In this document: positions 32,052 to 42,505 of the stretch, in pieces | Layout: each line of letters starts with the position of its first letter | Position numbering within the stretch: the stretch's first letter is position 1 | NCBI GenBank assembly: GCA_963786955.1 | Contig: CAWBAT010000008.1 | Location: 384,001 to 448,000, forward strand | DNA length: 64,000 nucleotides | From: an uncultured Acidimicrobiia bacterium | Lineage (GTDB): Bacteria > Acidobacteriota > Terriglobia > Versatilivoradales > Versatilivoraceae | Direction: 5' to 3' | Notes under the pieces: model-generated | Database searches by the model: none | The model's input: the letters and a program-made list of their open reading frames with translations, nothing else | Told to the model about the DNA's origin: nothing | Position numbers and translations under genes: made by a program

Positions 32052-35008
32052 ATGGCAAACCCTGTTCCTCTATCCACGGTCGAGGTGCAAACGCGAGTCC
32101 TGACGATACTTCGTCAACTCCTCGTTGAGCTGGGCGCTCAACACGCACTGCGACACCTTTCTGTAAACTCTGAATTAGACCGGGAATTGGGTTTGGGAAG
32201 CCTGGAACGTCTGGAATTACTTGAACGGCTGGGAAATGAGTTCTCGACTCGTTTACCAGACGAAGCTTATAAGGATGCCAGGACCCCTGCCGATTTGGCA
32301 GCATTTTTAGTCAAGACCGTAGTTAGAATGAGGGAATGATTCCCTCAGCCCTTGATTTAAAACAGCAGGGAACTCTTGCAATGCTTACTGGACAAAGCGA
32401 GCCTTTGTCTTCAGACCTAAAACCGATTGACCGGCAATTTGATCCAGCACAATTTCACACACTGGGTGAGGTGTTAGCCGGATATGCTGCAGTCGATCCC
32501 CACCGGGTCCACGTTCAACTCTATCTTGAGGACGACTCCATCAGACCGGTGACGTATGGGCAGCTTCTATCCGGGGCGATGACGGTTGCCGGGAAACTAA
32601 TGGATCGTGGTCTAAAGCCCGGGCAGACCGTAGCTATCATGCTTCCTACCGGTTCGGATTTTTTCTTTTCCTTTTTCGGGACGCTGCTTGCCGGCTGCAT
32701 TCCAGTTCCCATTTATCCGCCCTTCCGGGTTGACCGTTTGGAAGAATACGCCGGGCGTCAATCCCGGAGCCTCGTAAACGCCGGGGTTCGTCTCTTGATC
32801 ACCTTCCGCCGGGCAGAAAAGCTGGCGAGGTTGCTGCAGCCTACGGTCCCCTCTCTTTCTGCTGTAGTGAATGTGGATGAATTTGGATTGGATGGAGCGG
32901 GGAAACTGCCGCTGCCCCCTGGTCCTCTTGAAGTCGACGGTTGGCGTCCTGCGCGGGCCGAAGACATCGCCTTAATCCAATACACTTCCGGGAGTACTGG
33001 AGACCCTAAAGGGGTTGTTCTAACGCAGGGCAATGTGATGGCCAACATTCGGGCGATCGGCGCCGGGCTCGAGATTCAATCAACAGACAAAGCGGTCAGC
33101 TGGCTGCCGCTTTACCACGATATGGGGCTCATTGGCTCCTGGCTGGCTGCGTTGTACTTTGGCGTTCCCATTGCCATCCTGTCTCCTCTCGCTTTCTTGA
33201 GCCGCCCGGAACGCTGGCTGTGGGCTATTCATCACCATCGGGCTACCATTTCAGCGGCGCCGAATTTTGCTTATGAACTTTGCACGCGCCGGATTGACGA
33301 GAGTGCCCTCGAAGGATTAGATCTAAGCTGTTGGCGTGCGGCATTAAATGGCGCTGAACCCGTGAGTCCCGACACCCTCGGGCGATTTACAGAACGATTT
33401 AAGCGTTATCGGGTTTTCACCGAATGCTTTTTTGCCTGTTTATGGGCTTGCGGAATCATCCGTTGCATTGAGCTTCCCAGCACCGGGCAGCACGCCTCGG
33501 GTCACCCGCATCGAGAGAAAACGATTTCAGCAAGAAGGGATTGCTCAATCCTGCTGAACCTTCTGATCAATCCGCACTCCGTTTTGTCTCCGTAGGGAGA
33601 GCCCTGCCTGGACACGAGATCCGAATCGTGGATGGAGAGGGTCGACAATTGGACGAGAGGATTCAAGGACAGATTCAGTTCCGTGGCCCCTCGACCATGC
33701 AGGGCTATTTTATGAACCGGGAAGCGACCCAGGCTGTGTTCCAGGGAGATTGGGTCAGAACCGGCGATTTGGGCTATATCGCTGATGGAGAACTTTATGT
33801 GACAGGGCGCAGTAAGGATCTGATCATCAAAGGCGGCCGAAACCTCTACCCTCAGGAAATCGAGGAGCTGTCAGCTGCCGTTCCCGGAGTGCGGCGTGGA
33901 TGTGTTGCTGCCTTTGGCACAAAAGATGAGGTTCTGGGGACGGAACGATTGGTCATCGTGGCAGAGACCCGGGAGCAAGATTCTCTCCGAAAAGATGATC
34001 TTGCCTCCGCAATCGTCGCCAAGATCGACATTGAATTAGGTGTTCCTCCGGATCTGGTTGTTCTTGTCCCGCCACAGACCGTTCCCAAGACGTCTAGCGG
34101 AAAAATCCGGCGGGACGCCTGCAAATTGATGTTCTTCAATAGCCAGCTGACGAACAAGTCATCTCCCGTTTGGTGGCAGCTTGTCCGAATGACACTCCAG
34201 AACTGGACTCGGCGGGCTGGCCTGGGATTTCGGCGTCTCGCAAATGTCGATATTTGGCATCTATGCATGATCTGGTTTTGATCACATTCCTACTGTCGTG
34301 CTGGGTCATGCTAGTGCCGATCCGGACATACCCCAGGTCGAGGTTTCCTCGAAAAGCGCTGCGTTGGACGTGCCGCCTTGTTCTGCGGCTCGCGGGACTC
34401 TCCCCCAAGGTAGAAGAGGCGGAACACTTGGCTTCGGCAATCCGCCAATGTCGAGAACAACAATGTACTTTCCTCGTGGCTTCAAACCATGCCAGCTTCC
34501 TCGACGCGTTGATCGTGAGTTCCGTATGTCCGGCTGAAATTGGTTACGTGGCAAAACTGGAGGCGGCTTCCTGGCCCCTGGTCGGAAGAGTCATTCGAAA
34601 ATGTGGTTTTGTGCTGATTGACAGGAATGAAGTCTCCAAGGCCGTTTCGGACGGAGAACAAATCTCTCTTCAACTCAAGGAAGGGATGCCAATCCATGTG
34701 TTTCCTGAAGGAACCTTTACTCGGGAATCCGGCTTGCGGCCATTTCAGATGGGGGTATTTAAATCAGCGGTTGAAACCGGGTCCCCCATACTTCCTCTTT
34801 CGCTTAGGGGAACGCGTGCTGTGTTTCGGGATGGGACCTTGTTCCCCGACCCGGTTCCGTTGAAGCCGTTTTTGGCCCTCTGATCTGGCCACAGGGAAAA
34901 GGTTGGCCGGAAATGGTCCGACTGCGAGATGAGGTCAGAAAAGAGATCCTCAAGCATTGCGGAGAACAGTCGCTCGAAATCATCCTCGCGGGACCTCCAC
35001 GTGAATAA
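32052..35008 (+). CDS. ACP + fatty acyl-AMP ligase-like adenylation domain + PlsC acyltransferase fusion (frameshifted)
   Basis: ACP motif LGLGSLERLEL; YTSGSTGDPKG, WLPLYHDMGLIG, RTGDLG and PKTSSGK; acyltransferase motifs NHASFLD and FPEGT. Confidence 0.85.
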
Positions 35009-35014
35009 AGCTCG

Positions 35015-35776
35015 ATGAAAGAAGCCGTCGTGGGAGGGTGGTCCCCTCCGCGCAATCCCCTCGAATCCGACTTGGCCGACTGGCTCCAAGCCAAAGGTCT
35101 CCCGGGCGAACTAGCCTCCGGACTTGTAGATGCCCAGGTTACTGCCGAGAAGATCCAACCCCTTACTTCACTTATCTCCACTGAAGTCCTCACGCTGGGA
35201 CTCCGCCTCCTGGTTGCCGACTTCGAGATTCTCTGCCTCACACGCGAGTTGGAAGAGGCCTCGCGCCGCATGTCCGATCTGGTGCAAGCCGTTAAATCTT
35301 ACTCCTATATGGACCAGAGCTCCGTCGCCGAAGTGGATATCGAACAGGGTATCGATGTGACGTTGCGCATGTTTCAACACCAGCTCAAGCATGGCATAAA
35401 GGTATCGCGTCAATTTGCTCAAAACCTGCCACGTGTCCGTGCCAATGGCAGTGCCCTGAACCAGATTTGGACCAATATCATCGACAATGCGATCCATGCG
35501 ATGGGAAGTCTACCACCGGGCCAGCCTAAACTGCTCCGCATCAGAACCTGCGTTGAGCCTGACGGAATTTTGGTCGAAATCGTGGATAATGGAACGGGTA
35601 TTGCGGCCGACGTGCAGAGCCGTATTTTCGATCCGTTCTTCACTACCAAGCCCGTGGGCGAAGGCACCGGACTTGGACTCGATATCGTGCAACGCATCAT
35701 CCGGAACCATAAAGGATCGATCCGCGTTGAGTCAGCCCCTGGCCGTACCGTATTTCAAGTGCGCCTGCCTCTCTAG
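35015..35776 (+). pseudogene. 5'-truncated sensor histidine kinase (HATPase_c only, no H-box)
   Basis: N, G1, F and G2 boxes present (LNQIWTNIIDNA, DNGTG, FDPFFTTK, GTGLGL); no HELxNP-type phosphoacceptor box and no sensor domain. Confidence 0.7.
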
Positions 35777-36488
35777 AAGCGACAACCTGGGACAACGGTT
35801 TCGACCATTCCTCAATTTCTGGAAAGCTCCGACATACGGAATCCAAACCGCGTCCGGGTTATGACAGTGACCTTCAACTCGATTGACAAACCAAGCAATC
35901 CGACCCCACGCAGTTCTTGGATACAGCACACCAGAAACACATTCGATTTCGTGGTCCGGTGTGGCCACTCAAGTAGTGTCTGCACTCAACGGCGACGAGA
36001 GATTCATTGGTTAAGAATAGCTCCGCGTCAACGGTTCCAGTGATATCGGCCAGCAGGCGAGTCCAGCCTATTCCAATCCATCCACTCTCAAATGAGTAAT
36101 CGAGTTGAAATCGCAGGCGATGTTGGAGGATGAGAAAAGGTCATTTGAGGAAGTATAGGGAGGGTGTAAGCTATGGAATGTCAATTTGTTCGAGTTTTTT
36201 GACCACAGGGGTTTCTCTAGAAAAGCAGTGACGAGTGCAGGAGATACCTTCGTAAAGATTGTAAGAGCCCTTGGTTGTGATCCAGACCCCAAAGCTTTCT
36301 CTGCATTAAAGAATCTTCTTTCACATTAGCTTTTTGATAATATTCATACGCTAGTCCTTCTTGCCCTTAGTACAGTCGGTATCAACATGGCAACTCCCGC
36401 CCTTAAGGCCTACCACTTCTTCAGTCTCCTAACCACGGCGCAGAATCAACTTCCCAAATTCGTTTGAATTCGAGGAGGTACCACACCT

Positions 36489-37784
36489 TTGAAACTGAGT
36501 TTATTTTTTGGCAGTTATTTGCTTCTAAGCTTACTGACAGCCCCTCTCACCCTCGCATCCGATTTTCCATCTGAGATTAGCTTGTCGCAGGCAATTGAAC
36601 GTGCCTTGGCCGACCACCCTGCATTAAAGGGTTCTCAAGCCAGAATTTCTGGTGCCGCGGGACTCCAGCGGCAGGCGGAGTTGCGCCCCAATCCTCTTTT
36701 TACCTTGCAATCTGAGAATTGGCGTTTCACCGGAGAGCCCCCCTTTAATGCGGGCAACGATCTTGACGTCTTCGCGTTTCTCTCTCAACCGATTGAAACT
36801 GCTGGAAAGCGAAATCGTCGCATGGCCCTCACGGCTTTGGAACGGGAAGGAGCAGAACTGGAGGGAGATGTTTTGCGATGGGCTATCCGAAATCGTGTCA
36901 AGCTGGCATTCCTTAGAGCCCTCTCCTCGCAAAAGCAACTCGAGTTAATCTCCGAAAATAGCCGCAATTTTCAGCAGATCATTGATTATCATCGCATTCG
37001 TGTCGAACAGGGCGCCATGGCTGAAGCCGATCTCATCAAAGTCTGGCTGGAAGGGGAACGGTTGACGCTCGCAGAGAATTCTACGGCCATCGAAGCCGAA
37101 CGAACGCGGCTGGACCTGGTCAGGGCGATGGGGGCAGCGGCTCCTTCGACCCCTTTTAGGCTCATCGAAAGCCCTCCGGGTCCTGTTTCAGTCAACTTTA
37201 CAACGGGACAACAAATCGTCGAGCAGGCTTTATCCAAGCGGCCGGAGGTTTTACTTGGCCAAGCAGCCATTCGACGCAGCCAAGCGAATGTGGGACTGCA
37301 ACAGTCTTTGGCGCGGCCGGACTGGGCTGCCATCATGGGGTACAAGCGAAATTCGGGTTTCAATACTCTGATGGCTGGGGTGGCGGTTCCGCTCCCATTC
37401 TTCAATCGCAACCAAGGGAACGTGGCAACCAGCAGGAGTGAAGTGGAACAGTCCGAGGCTGCGTTGCAGGAAATTATTGTCCAGGTAAAATCCGACATAG
37501 CCGCCGCCCTTTCAGGAGTGCGCCGACGCCATGGCATGCTCGCTCAAATGGAAAAAGGAATGTTAGAACGGGCTGAGCAATCTCTTCGGATCGCTCTTGC
37601 GGCCTACCAAGAGGGTGGCACCGACCTTTTGAGGCTCTTAGACGCACAACGTTCCCGCAATGAAGTGCGCCTTCTTTACACTCGAACTCAAATGGATTAC
37701 CGCATCAGCTTGGCTGATTTGGAATATGCTGCTGGAGAAGAGAATTTGGCTCTTGGAGCGGAGGTCTTGGGTGCGAATCCGTAA
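36489..37784 (+). CDS. Outer membrane efflux protein, TolC/CzcC family
   Basis: Signal peptide, OEP repeats and PLPFFNRNQG; GAGGAGG ribosome-binding site before TTG. Confidence 0.92.
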   Translation: MKLSLFFGSYLLLSLLTAPLTLASDFPSEISLSQAIERALADHPALKGSQARISGAAGLQRQAELRPNPLFTLQSENWRFTGEPPFNAGNDLDVFAFLSQPIETAGKRNRRMALTALEREGAELEGDVLRWAIRNRVKLAFLRALSSQKQLELISENSRNFQQIIDYHRIRVEQGAMAEADLIKVWLEGERLTLAENSTAIEAERTRLDLVRAMGAAAPSTPFRLIESPPGPVSVNFTTGQQIVEQALSKRPEVLLGQAAIRRSQANVGLQQSLARPDWAAIMGYKRNSGFNTLMAGVAVPLPFFNRNQGNVATSRSEVEQSEAALQEIIVQVKSDIAAALSGVRRRHGMLAQMEKGMLERAEQSLRIALAAYQEGGTDLLRLLDAQRSRNEVRLLYTRTQMDYRISLADLEYAAGEENLALGAEVLGANP

Positions 37785-39018
37785 ATTGACGCGGGAGAAT
37801 ATCATTCGGTTGGCCCTACTGCTGACTTTGGCGCATTGCTCTTGCTCCACTCGTGAGCCCGAAGTCAACGCACCCGCAACACCGGGCAAGACGGAGAACA
37901 ATATCGTCACACTTCATCCGTCCGCGCTCCAGGAGAGTCACCTCGTCATTGATGAAGCAAGAATCGGACGACTCCCCGAAATCCTTGTCGTCACTGGCAA
38001 GATCGGAGTCGATGAGAACCGGACTGCCCGTGTCGGAGCCATCGCCAATGGCCGTGTTGCCAATGTTTTGGCCAACGTGGGAGAACACGTAAAAGAAGGC
38101 CAGCGTCTCGCAGAGCTCAACAGCCATGAGATCCATGACACTCGAAGTGAGTACGCGAAAGCTGGTGCAGAGCTAGACAGGCGCCAAGGTGAGCTTCAAT
38201 ATGCGCGCACTGTCAGAGACCGGGCTGCCCGGCTCTATGAATTGAAAGCAGGATCTCTGGAACAACTTCAGCGGGCGGACGCAGATCTCCGAAACGCCGA
38301 AATGGCCATCACTTCTGCCAAGGCAGAGATTGGACGGATTATCGAACACTTGGATCACCTCGGATTGTCCGCTGAAGGAGCTATGGAGGAATACGCTAAT
38401 TTCGGGGAGAAACCAGGAAAGAGGTTTGAGCAGAATGAATTGATTCCTGTTGAATCCCCGATCTCCGGAACAATTCTTAAACGGCTGGTCAGCACGGGGA
38501 CAGTAGTGACTCCTGCCAGCGACCTTTTCGTGATCAGTGACCTCAGTTCACTTTGGGTCAATGCGGAAGTTCCCGAGAAGTATCTTGGATTCCTGAAAGT
38601 GGGACAAACTGTTCAAATTAAAGTTCAGGCCTACGCAGAGGAAATCTTTTTCGCGCGGATTACCCAAATTGGTGATGTGCTTGACCCAGACACTCGAATG
38701 GTGCAGGTGCGCTGCCAAACCAATAGCTCCGGGCAACGACTGAAACCGGAGATGTATGCCAGTATCCGATTCGAATTCGAGCCGGGGGTTGAAGGGATCG
38801 TGGTGCCTTCCGCGGCCATTCACGAAGTGAGAGGCTCGCCGGTGGTATTTACTCCTACGAGTGAAACTCAGTTCCGCCTGCGCCAGGTCCGCCTCGGACG
38901 CCAGACAGGGAACCTGGTGGAAATCATCGAGGGGCTGAAGCCGGGAGAGAAAGTCGTTACGACCGGGAGCTTTCGGCTGAAGTCGGAAGTACTGAAACGC
39001 GAGATGGCTGGAGAATAA
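37771..39018 (+). CDS. RND periplasmic adaptor subunit, CzcB/CusB family
   Basis: Lipoyl/barrel-sandwich motifs, SPISG, LKPEMY and GLKPGEKVV; GGAGG upstream of GTG 37771. Confidence 0.92.
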   Translation: MRIRKLTRENIIRLALLLTLAHCSCSTREPEVNAPATPGKTENNIVTLHPSALQESHLVIDEARIGRLPEILVVTGKIGVDENRTARVGAIANGRVANVLANVGEHVKEGQRLAELNSHEIHDTRSEYAKAGAELDRRQGELQYARTVRDRAARLYELKAGSLEQLQRADADLRNAEMAITSAKAEIGRIIEHLDHLGLSAEGAMEEYANFGEKPGKRFEQNELIPVESPISGTILKRLVSTGTVVTPASDLFVISDLSSLWVNAEVPEKYLGFLKVGQTVQIKVQAYAEEIFFARITQIGDVLDPDTRMVQVRCQTNSSGQRLKPEMYASIRFEFEPGVEGIVVPSAAIHEVRGSPVVFTPTSETQFRLRQVRLGRQTGNLVEIIEGLKPGEKVVTTGSFRLKSEVLKREMAGE

Positions 39019-39224
39019 TCATCGATGGTGATCATTGCCTTGGGATTAATCGGAAACTCAAGGATTGGATTTTTCACCTGAGAGGACAAGCAGGGCAAGA
39101 ACAAAACCGAACTGATTGGAGGACAATGTTCATTATTTATCATTCACTCTTTTTGGGAAAAACCCCACCAATGCCAGCGAACTTTAAAGGATAAAATATG
39201 AAATTTACTGCCTGACCATCCCAC

Positions 39225-42200
39225 ATGTTCCTTCATAAGCTGATTGACTTTCATCTTCATCATCGATTCTTCGTGTTGACCGGCCTGGGAGGGCTGATTA
39301 TCGCAGGGACCTACGCCTTGACGCAGATCCCCATCGACGCTTTCCCCGACTTAACGAACAATCAGGTGGTCGTTATTACGGAAGCTCCGGGAATGGCCCC
39401 CGACGAAGTTGAGCAGCTTGTCACTTTTCCGATTGAGACCGCCATGATGGGACTACCTCATACGGAAACAGTCCGTTCGATTTCCAAACTCGGACTTTCG
39501 ATCGTTTCCATCGTGTTTGAGGATCGGGTTAATCTCTACCTAGCCCGGCAACTGGTCGGAGAAAGGCTATCGGAGGCGAAAGTCAGGATCCCTTCAGGTC
39601 TGGAACCGGCACTGGGCCCTGTAGCGACTGCCTTTGGAGAAATCTACCAATACACTCTCGAGGGCGGAGGCCTGTCGCTCATGGATCTGAAGACGCTCCA
39701 TGAATGGCAGCTCAAATACCAACTGCGTGCGGTCCGCGGTGTGAATGAAATTAATACCTGGGGCGGACTCACTCGCCAGATTCATGTCATTGCCGATCCG
39801 GCGCGGCTGCAAAGTTACGGACTGACGCTGCGCGAGGTATATGAGCGAATTCGTGAGAATAATGACAACTTTGGGGGTGGGTTCATCGAACATGCCTCCG
39901 AACAGTTTACCGTCAGAGGACTGGGGAGGGTTCGGAATCCTCAGGAACTGGAACAGATCGTCATTTCCAGTCATGCTGGCACACCTGTTTACCTGCGGGA
40001 TATCGCCGAAGTTCGAACCGGCGCTATGGCGCGCCAGGGTGCAGTCACCCGTGACGCCGAAGGCGAGACGGTTTCCGGAATGGTGATCATGTTGAAAGGG
40101 GAAAACGGGAAACAGGTCAGTCAGCGCGTTAAAACAGCTTTCAACCAGATCGAAAAAACGCTGCCGCCTGGAGTTAAGATTATTCCCTTTTATGATCAGT
40201 CCGAGGTCATTGACCGGACGATTCGCACAGTGCGCAATAATCTCCTGGAGGGAGGCGCACTGGTCATTGCCGTGCTTTTTCTATTCCTGGGCAATATTCG
40301 CGGCGCCGTCATTGTGGCTGCCGTCATTCCCCTTTCCATGTTGGTCAGTTTTATTGGCATGCAGTTATTCGGGATCTCCGCCAACCTGATGAGCTTGGGC
40401 GCCATTGATTTTGGGTTGATCGTCGATGGGGCCGTCGTCATGATGGAAAATTTCGTGCGCCGTTTACACCTGATGAATCCCCAATCCCCGCTGTCCGCCC
40501 GCGAGGAGATCCGGATGGCAGCTCATGAGGTCGCCCGTCCCATTGTTTTTGGAATCGCGATCATTATCGCTGTTTACCTACCGATCTTCACGCTGGAAGG
40601 CTTAGAAGGCAGGATGTTCCGGCCCATGGCGGTTACTGTGTGTTCCGCCTTACTAGGATCTCTGATCCTTGCTCTGACTGTAGTGCCCGCAGCCGCCTCC
40701 ACAGTCTTTCGCAAACCGCTTCCAGCCCACCGGGAACGGTTGTTTCATTTCATACGGGAGAATTATATTCGCTTGCTCACCGTTGTGTTAAACCACCGTG
40801 GCTGGGTTTTGATTTCCGCAGCCGCAGCTGTTTCACTGTCATTAGGCTCACTAGCTTTCATTGGGACAGAATTCATGCCCCGATTGGACGAAGGTTCCTT
40901 GTTGATTGAAACCCGCAAGTTGCCCAGTATCTCCCTCACCGAATCCATTGCGTTGAGCTCAGAAATCGAGCGCGTCTTGAGGAAGTTTCCGGAAGTCGAA
41001 CGCGTCGTAACCAAGATCGGTCGTCCGGACTTAGCCACGGAGGCCATGGGAATTTATCAAGGGGACGTTTATGTCCGGTTGAAGCCCTACTCCGAGTGGA
41101 CAACTGTTCGACATAAAGATGAACTGATTAAAGTGCTTTCTAAGGAACTGGAGAATATTCCGGGAGTCGTCTACAACTTCACACAGCCCATGGCTATGCG
41201 CCTCGATGAGGTCGTTTCGGGCGTTAAAGCAGATCTGGCCGTCAAGATCTTTGGTGAAGACGAGCGAGTCCTGGACCAAAAGGCCGATCAAGTGTTGCAG
41301 ATTCTCTCGCGGCTTCGAGGTTCGGCAGACGTGCAGAAAGAACTCTTCACGGGAGCTGCGGAGTGGCGAATTGACATTAATCGCCCTGAGTTGGCCCGCT
41401 ATGGTCTAAACGTTTCCAACGTCAGAGAGTTGACCGAAACGGCGGTAGGCGGACATTGGGTGACTGAGCTGATCGAAGGGCAGAGGCGATTTGCGATCAT
41501 CTTGCGGTTGCCTGAGGGTTTTCGCCGCGATCGCGAATCACTTGCCAGTTTGCAGCTGAAGGCTCCAGGAGGAGAAATGGTTCCCTTGGGTCAAGTGGCC
41601 AGCATAAAGCAAACGCAGGCTCCAGAGATCATTAATCGCGAGGATAGTCAGCGCCGCATTGTGGTTCAATCCAACGTCAGGGGACGTGACCTTGGAAGTT
41701 TTGTGGCCGAGGCAAAACAGTTGATTGAGACCCAGGTTCCACTTCCCCCAGGATATTTTTATCGCTGGGGTGGGCAATTCGAGAATCAGGAACGCGCCAT
41801 GATGCGGCTGGCAATCGTTGTCCCGGTGGCGATCCTCATCATTTTCGCCTTGCTGTTCTCTACCTTTGACTCAGTGAAACAGGCGCTGCTGATTCTATTG
41901 AACGTCCCATTTGCGGCAGTCGGAGGGATTGCAGCGCTTTGGCTGAGGGGAATGAATCTCAATCTTTCGGCTGCGGTTGGGTTCATTGCCTTATTCGGAG
42001 TCGCTGTCTTGAACGGGGTTGTCATGGTGGCTTATTTTAATCGCCTGCTCGAGGAAGGAAGAGGGATGAGGGCTGCCATCCTCGAGGGAGCCGCTGTTCG
42101 TCTGCGTCCGGTGTTGATGACGGCATTGGTCGCGAGTTTAGGATTCGTTCCGATGGCTGTCGCGACATCGGCTGGAGCTGAAGTTCAGCGGCCGCTCGCT

Positions 42201-42293
42201 ACTGTGGTCATCGGCGGGTTACTGACCTCCACTTTGCTGACTCTTTTAGTGCTGCCAGCGTTGTTTTCTCTCTGGGGTGATAAACGGGAATAA
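39225..42293 (+). CDS. Heavy-metal efflux RND transporter, CzcA/CusA family
   Basis: IDAFPDLT, GAIDFGLIVDGAVVM, RLRPVLMTA and GAEVQRPLATVVIGG. Confidence 0.96.
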   Translation: MFLHKLIDFHLHHRFFVLTGLGGLIIAGTYALTQIPIDAFPDLTNNQVVVITEAPGMAPDEVEQLVTFPIETAMMGLPHTETVRSISKLGLSIVSIVFEDRVNLYLARQLVGERLSEAKVRIPSGLEPALGPVATAFGEIYQYTLEGGGLSLMDLKTLHEWQLKYQLRAVRGVNEINTWGGLTRQIHVIADPARLQSYGLTLREVYERIRENNDNFGGGFIEHASEQFTVRGLGRVRNPQELEQIVISSHAGTPVYLRDIAEVRTGAMARQGAVTRDAEGETVSGMVIMLKGENGKQVSQRVKTAFNQIEKTLPPGVKIIPFYDQSEVIDRTIRTVRNNLLEGGALVIAVLFLFLGNIRGAVIVAAVIPLSMLVSFIGMQLFGISANLMSLGAIDFGLIVDGAVVMMENFVRRLHLMNPQSPLSAREEIRMAAHEVARPIVFGIAIIIAVYLPIFTLEGLEGRMFRPMAVTVCSALLGSLILALTVVPAAASTVFRKPLPAHRERLFHFIRENYIRLLTVVLNHRGWVLISAAAAVSLSLGSLAFIGTEFMPRLDEGSLLIETRKLPSISLTESIALSSEIERVLRKFPEVERVVTKIGRPDLATEAMGIYQGDVYVRLKPYSEWTTVRHKDELIKVLSKELENIPGVVYNFTQPMAMRLDEVVSGVKADLAVKIFGEDERVLDQKADQVLQILSRLRGSADVQKELFTGAAEWRIDINRPELARYGLNVSNVRELTETAVGGHWVTELIEGQRRFAIILRLPEGFRRDRESLASLQLKAPGGEMVPLGQVASIKQTQAPEIINREDSQRRIVVQSNVRGRDLGSFVAEAKQLIETQVPLPPGYFYRWGGQFENQERAMMRLAIVVPVAILIIFALLFSTFDSVKQALLILLNVPFAAVGGIAALWLRGMNLNLSAAVGFIALFGVAVLNGVVMVAYFNRLLEEGRGMRAAILEGAAVRLRPVLMTALVASLGFVPMAVATSAGAEVQRPLATVVIGGLLTSTLLTLLVLPALFSLWGDKRE

Positions 42294-42505
42294 AGGAATA
42301 GTCTCCGTGCAGGCTGCCGTGTCCTTGCGGATCGGTCATATGGATGGGCAGCGGCAGTCCGGTGCCTTTGGCGGCCAACACCCGTACCAGCCCTTGGAAT
42401 CAGTCTCACCAATCGTTGGGATCCGCTCATTTTCTGAGGGATGCCATAAGGATCATACTTAAATCCCCAATTGATTTCATACTTACCTGGTCGAGAGAGG
42501 TAATC

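Noticed and set aside
35780-36470. Small ORFs (35861-36043, 36068-36292) as a czc regulator
   Set aside because: No HTH, receiver or metal-binding motif is recognisable.
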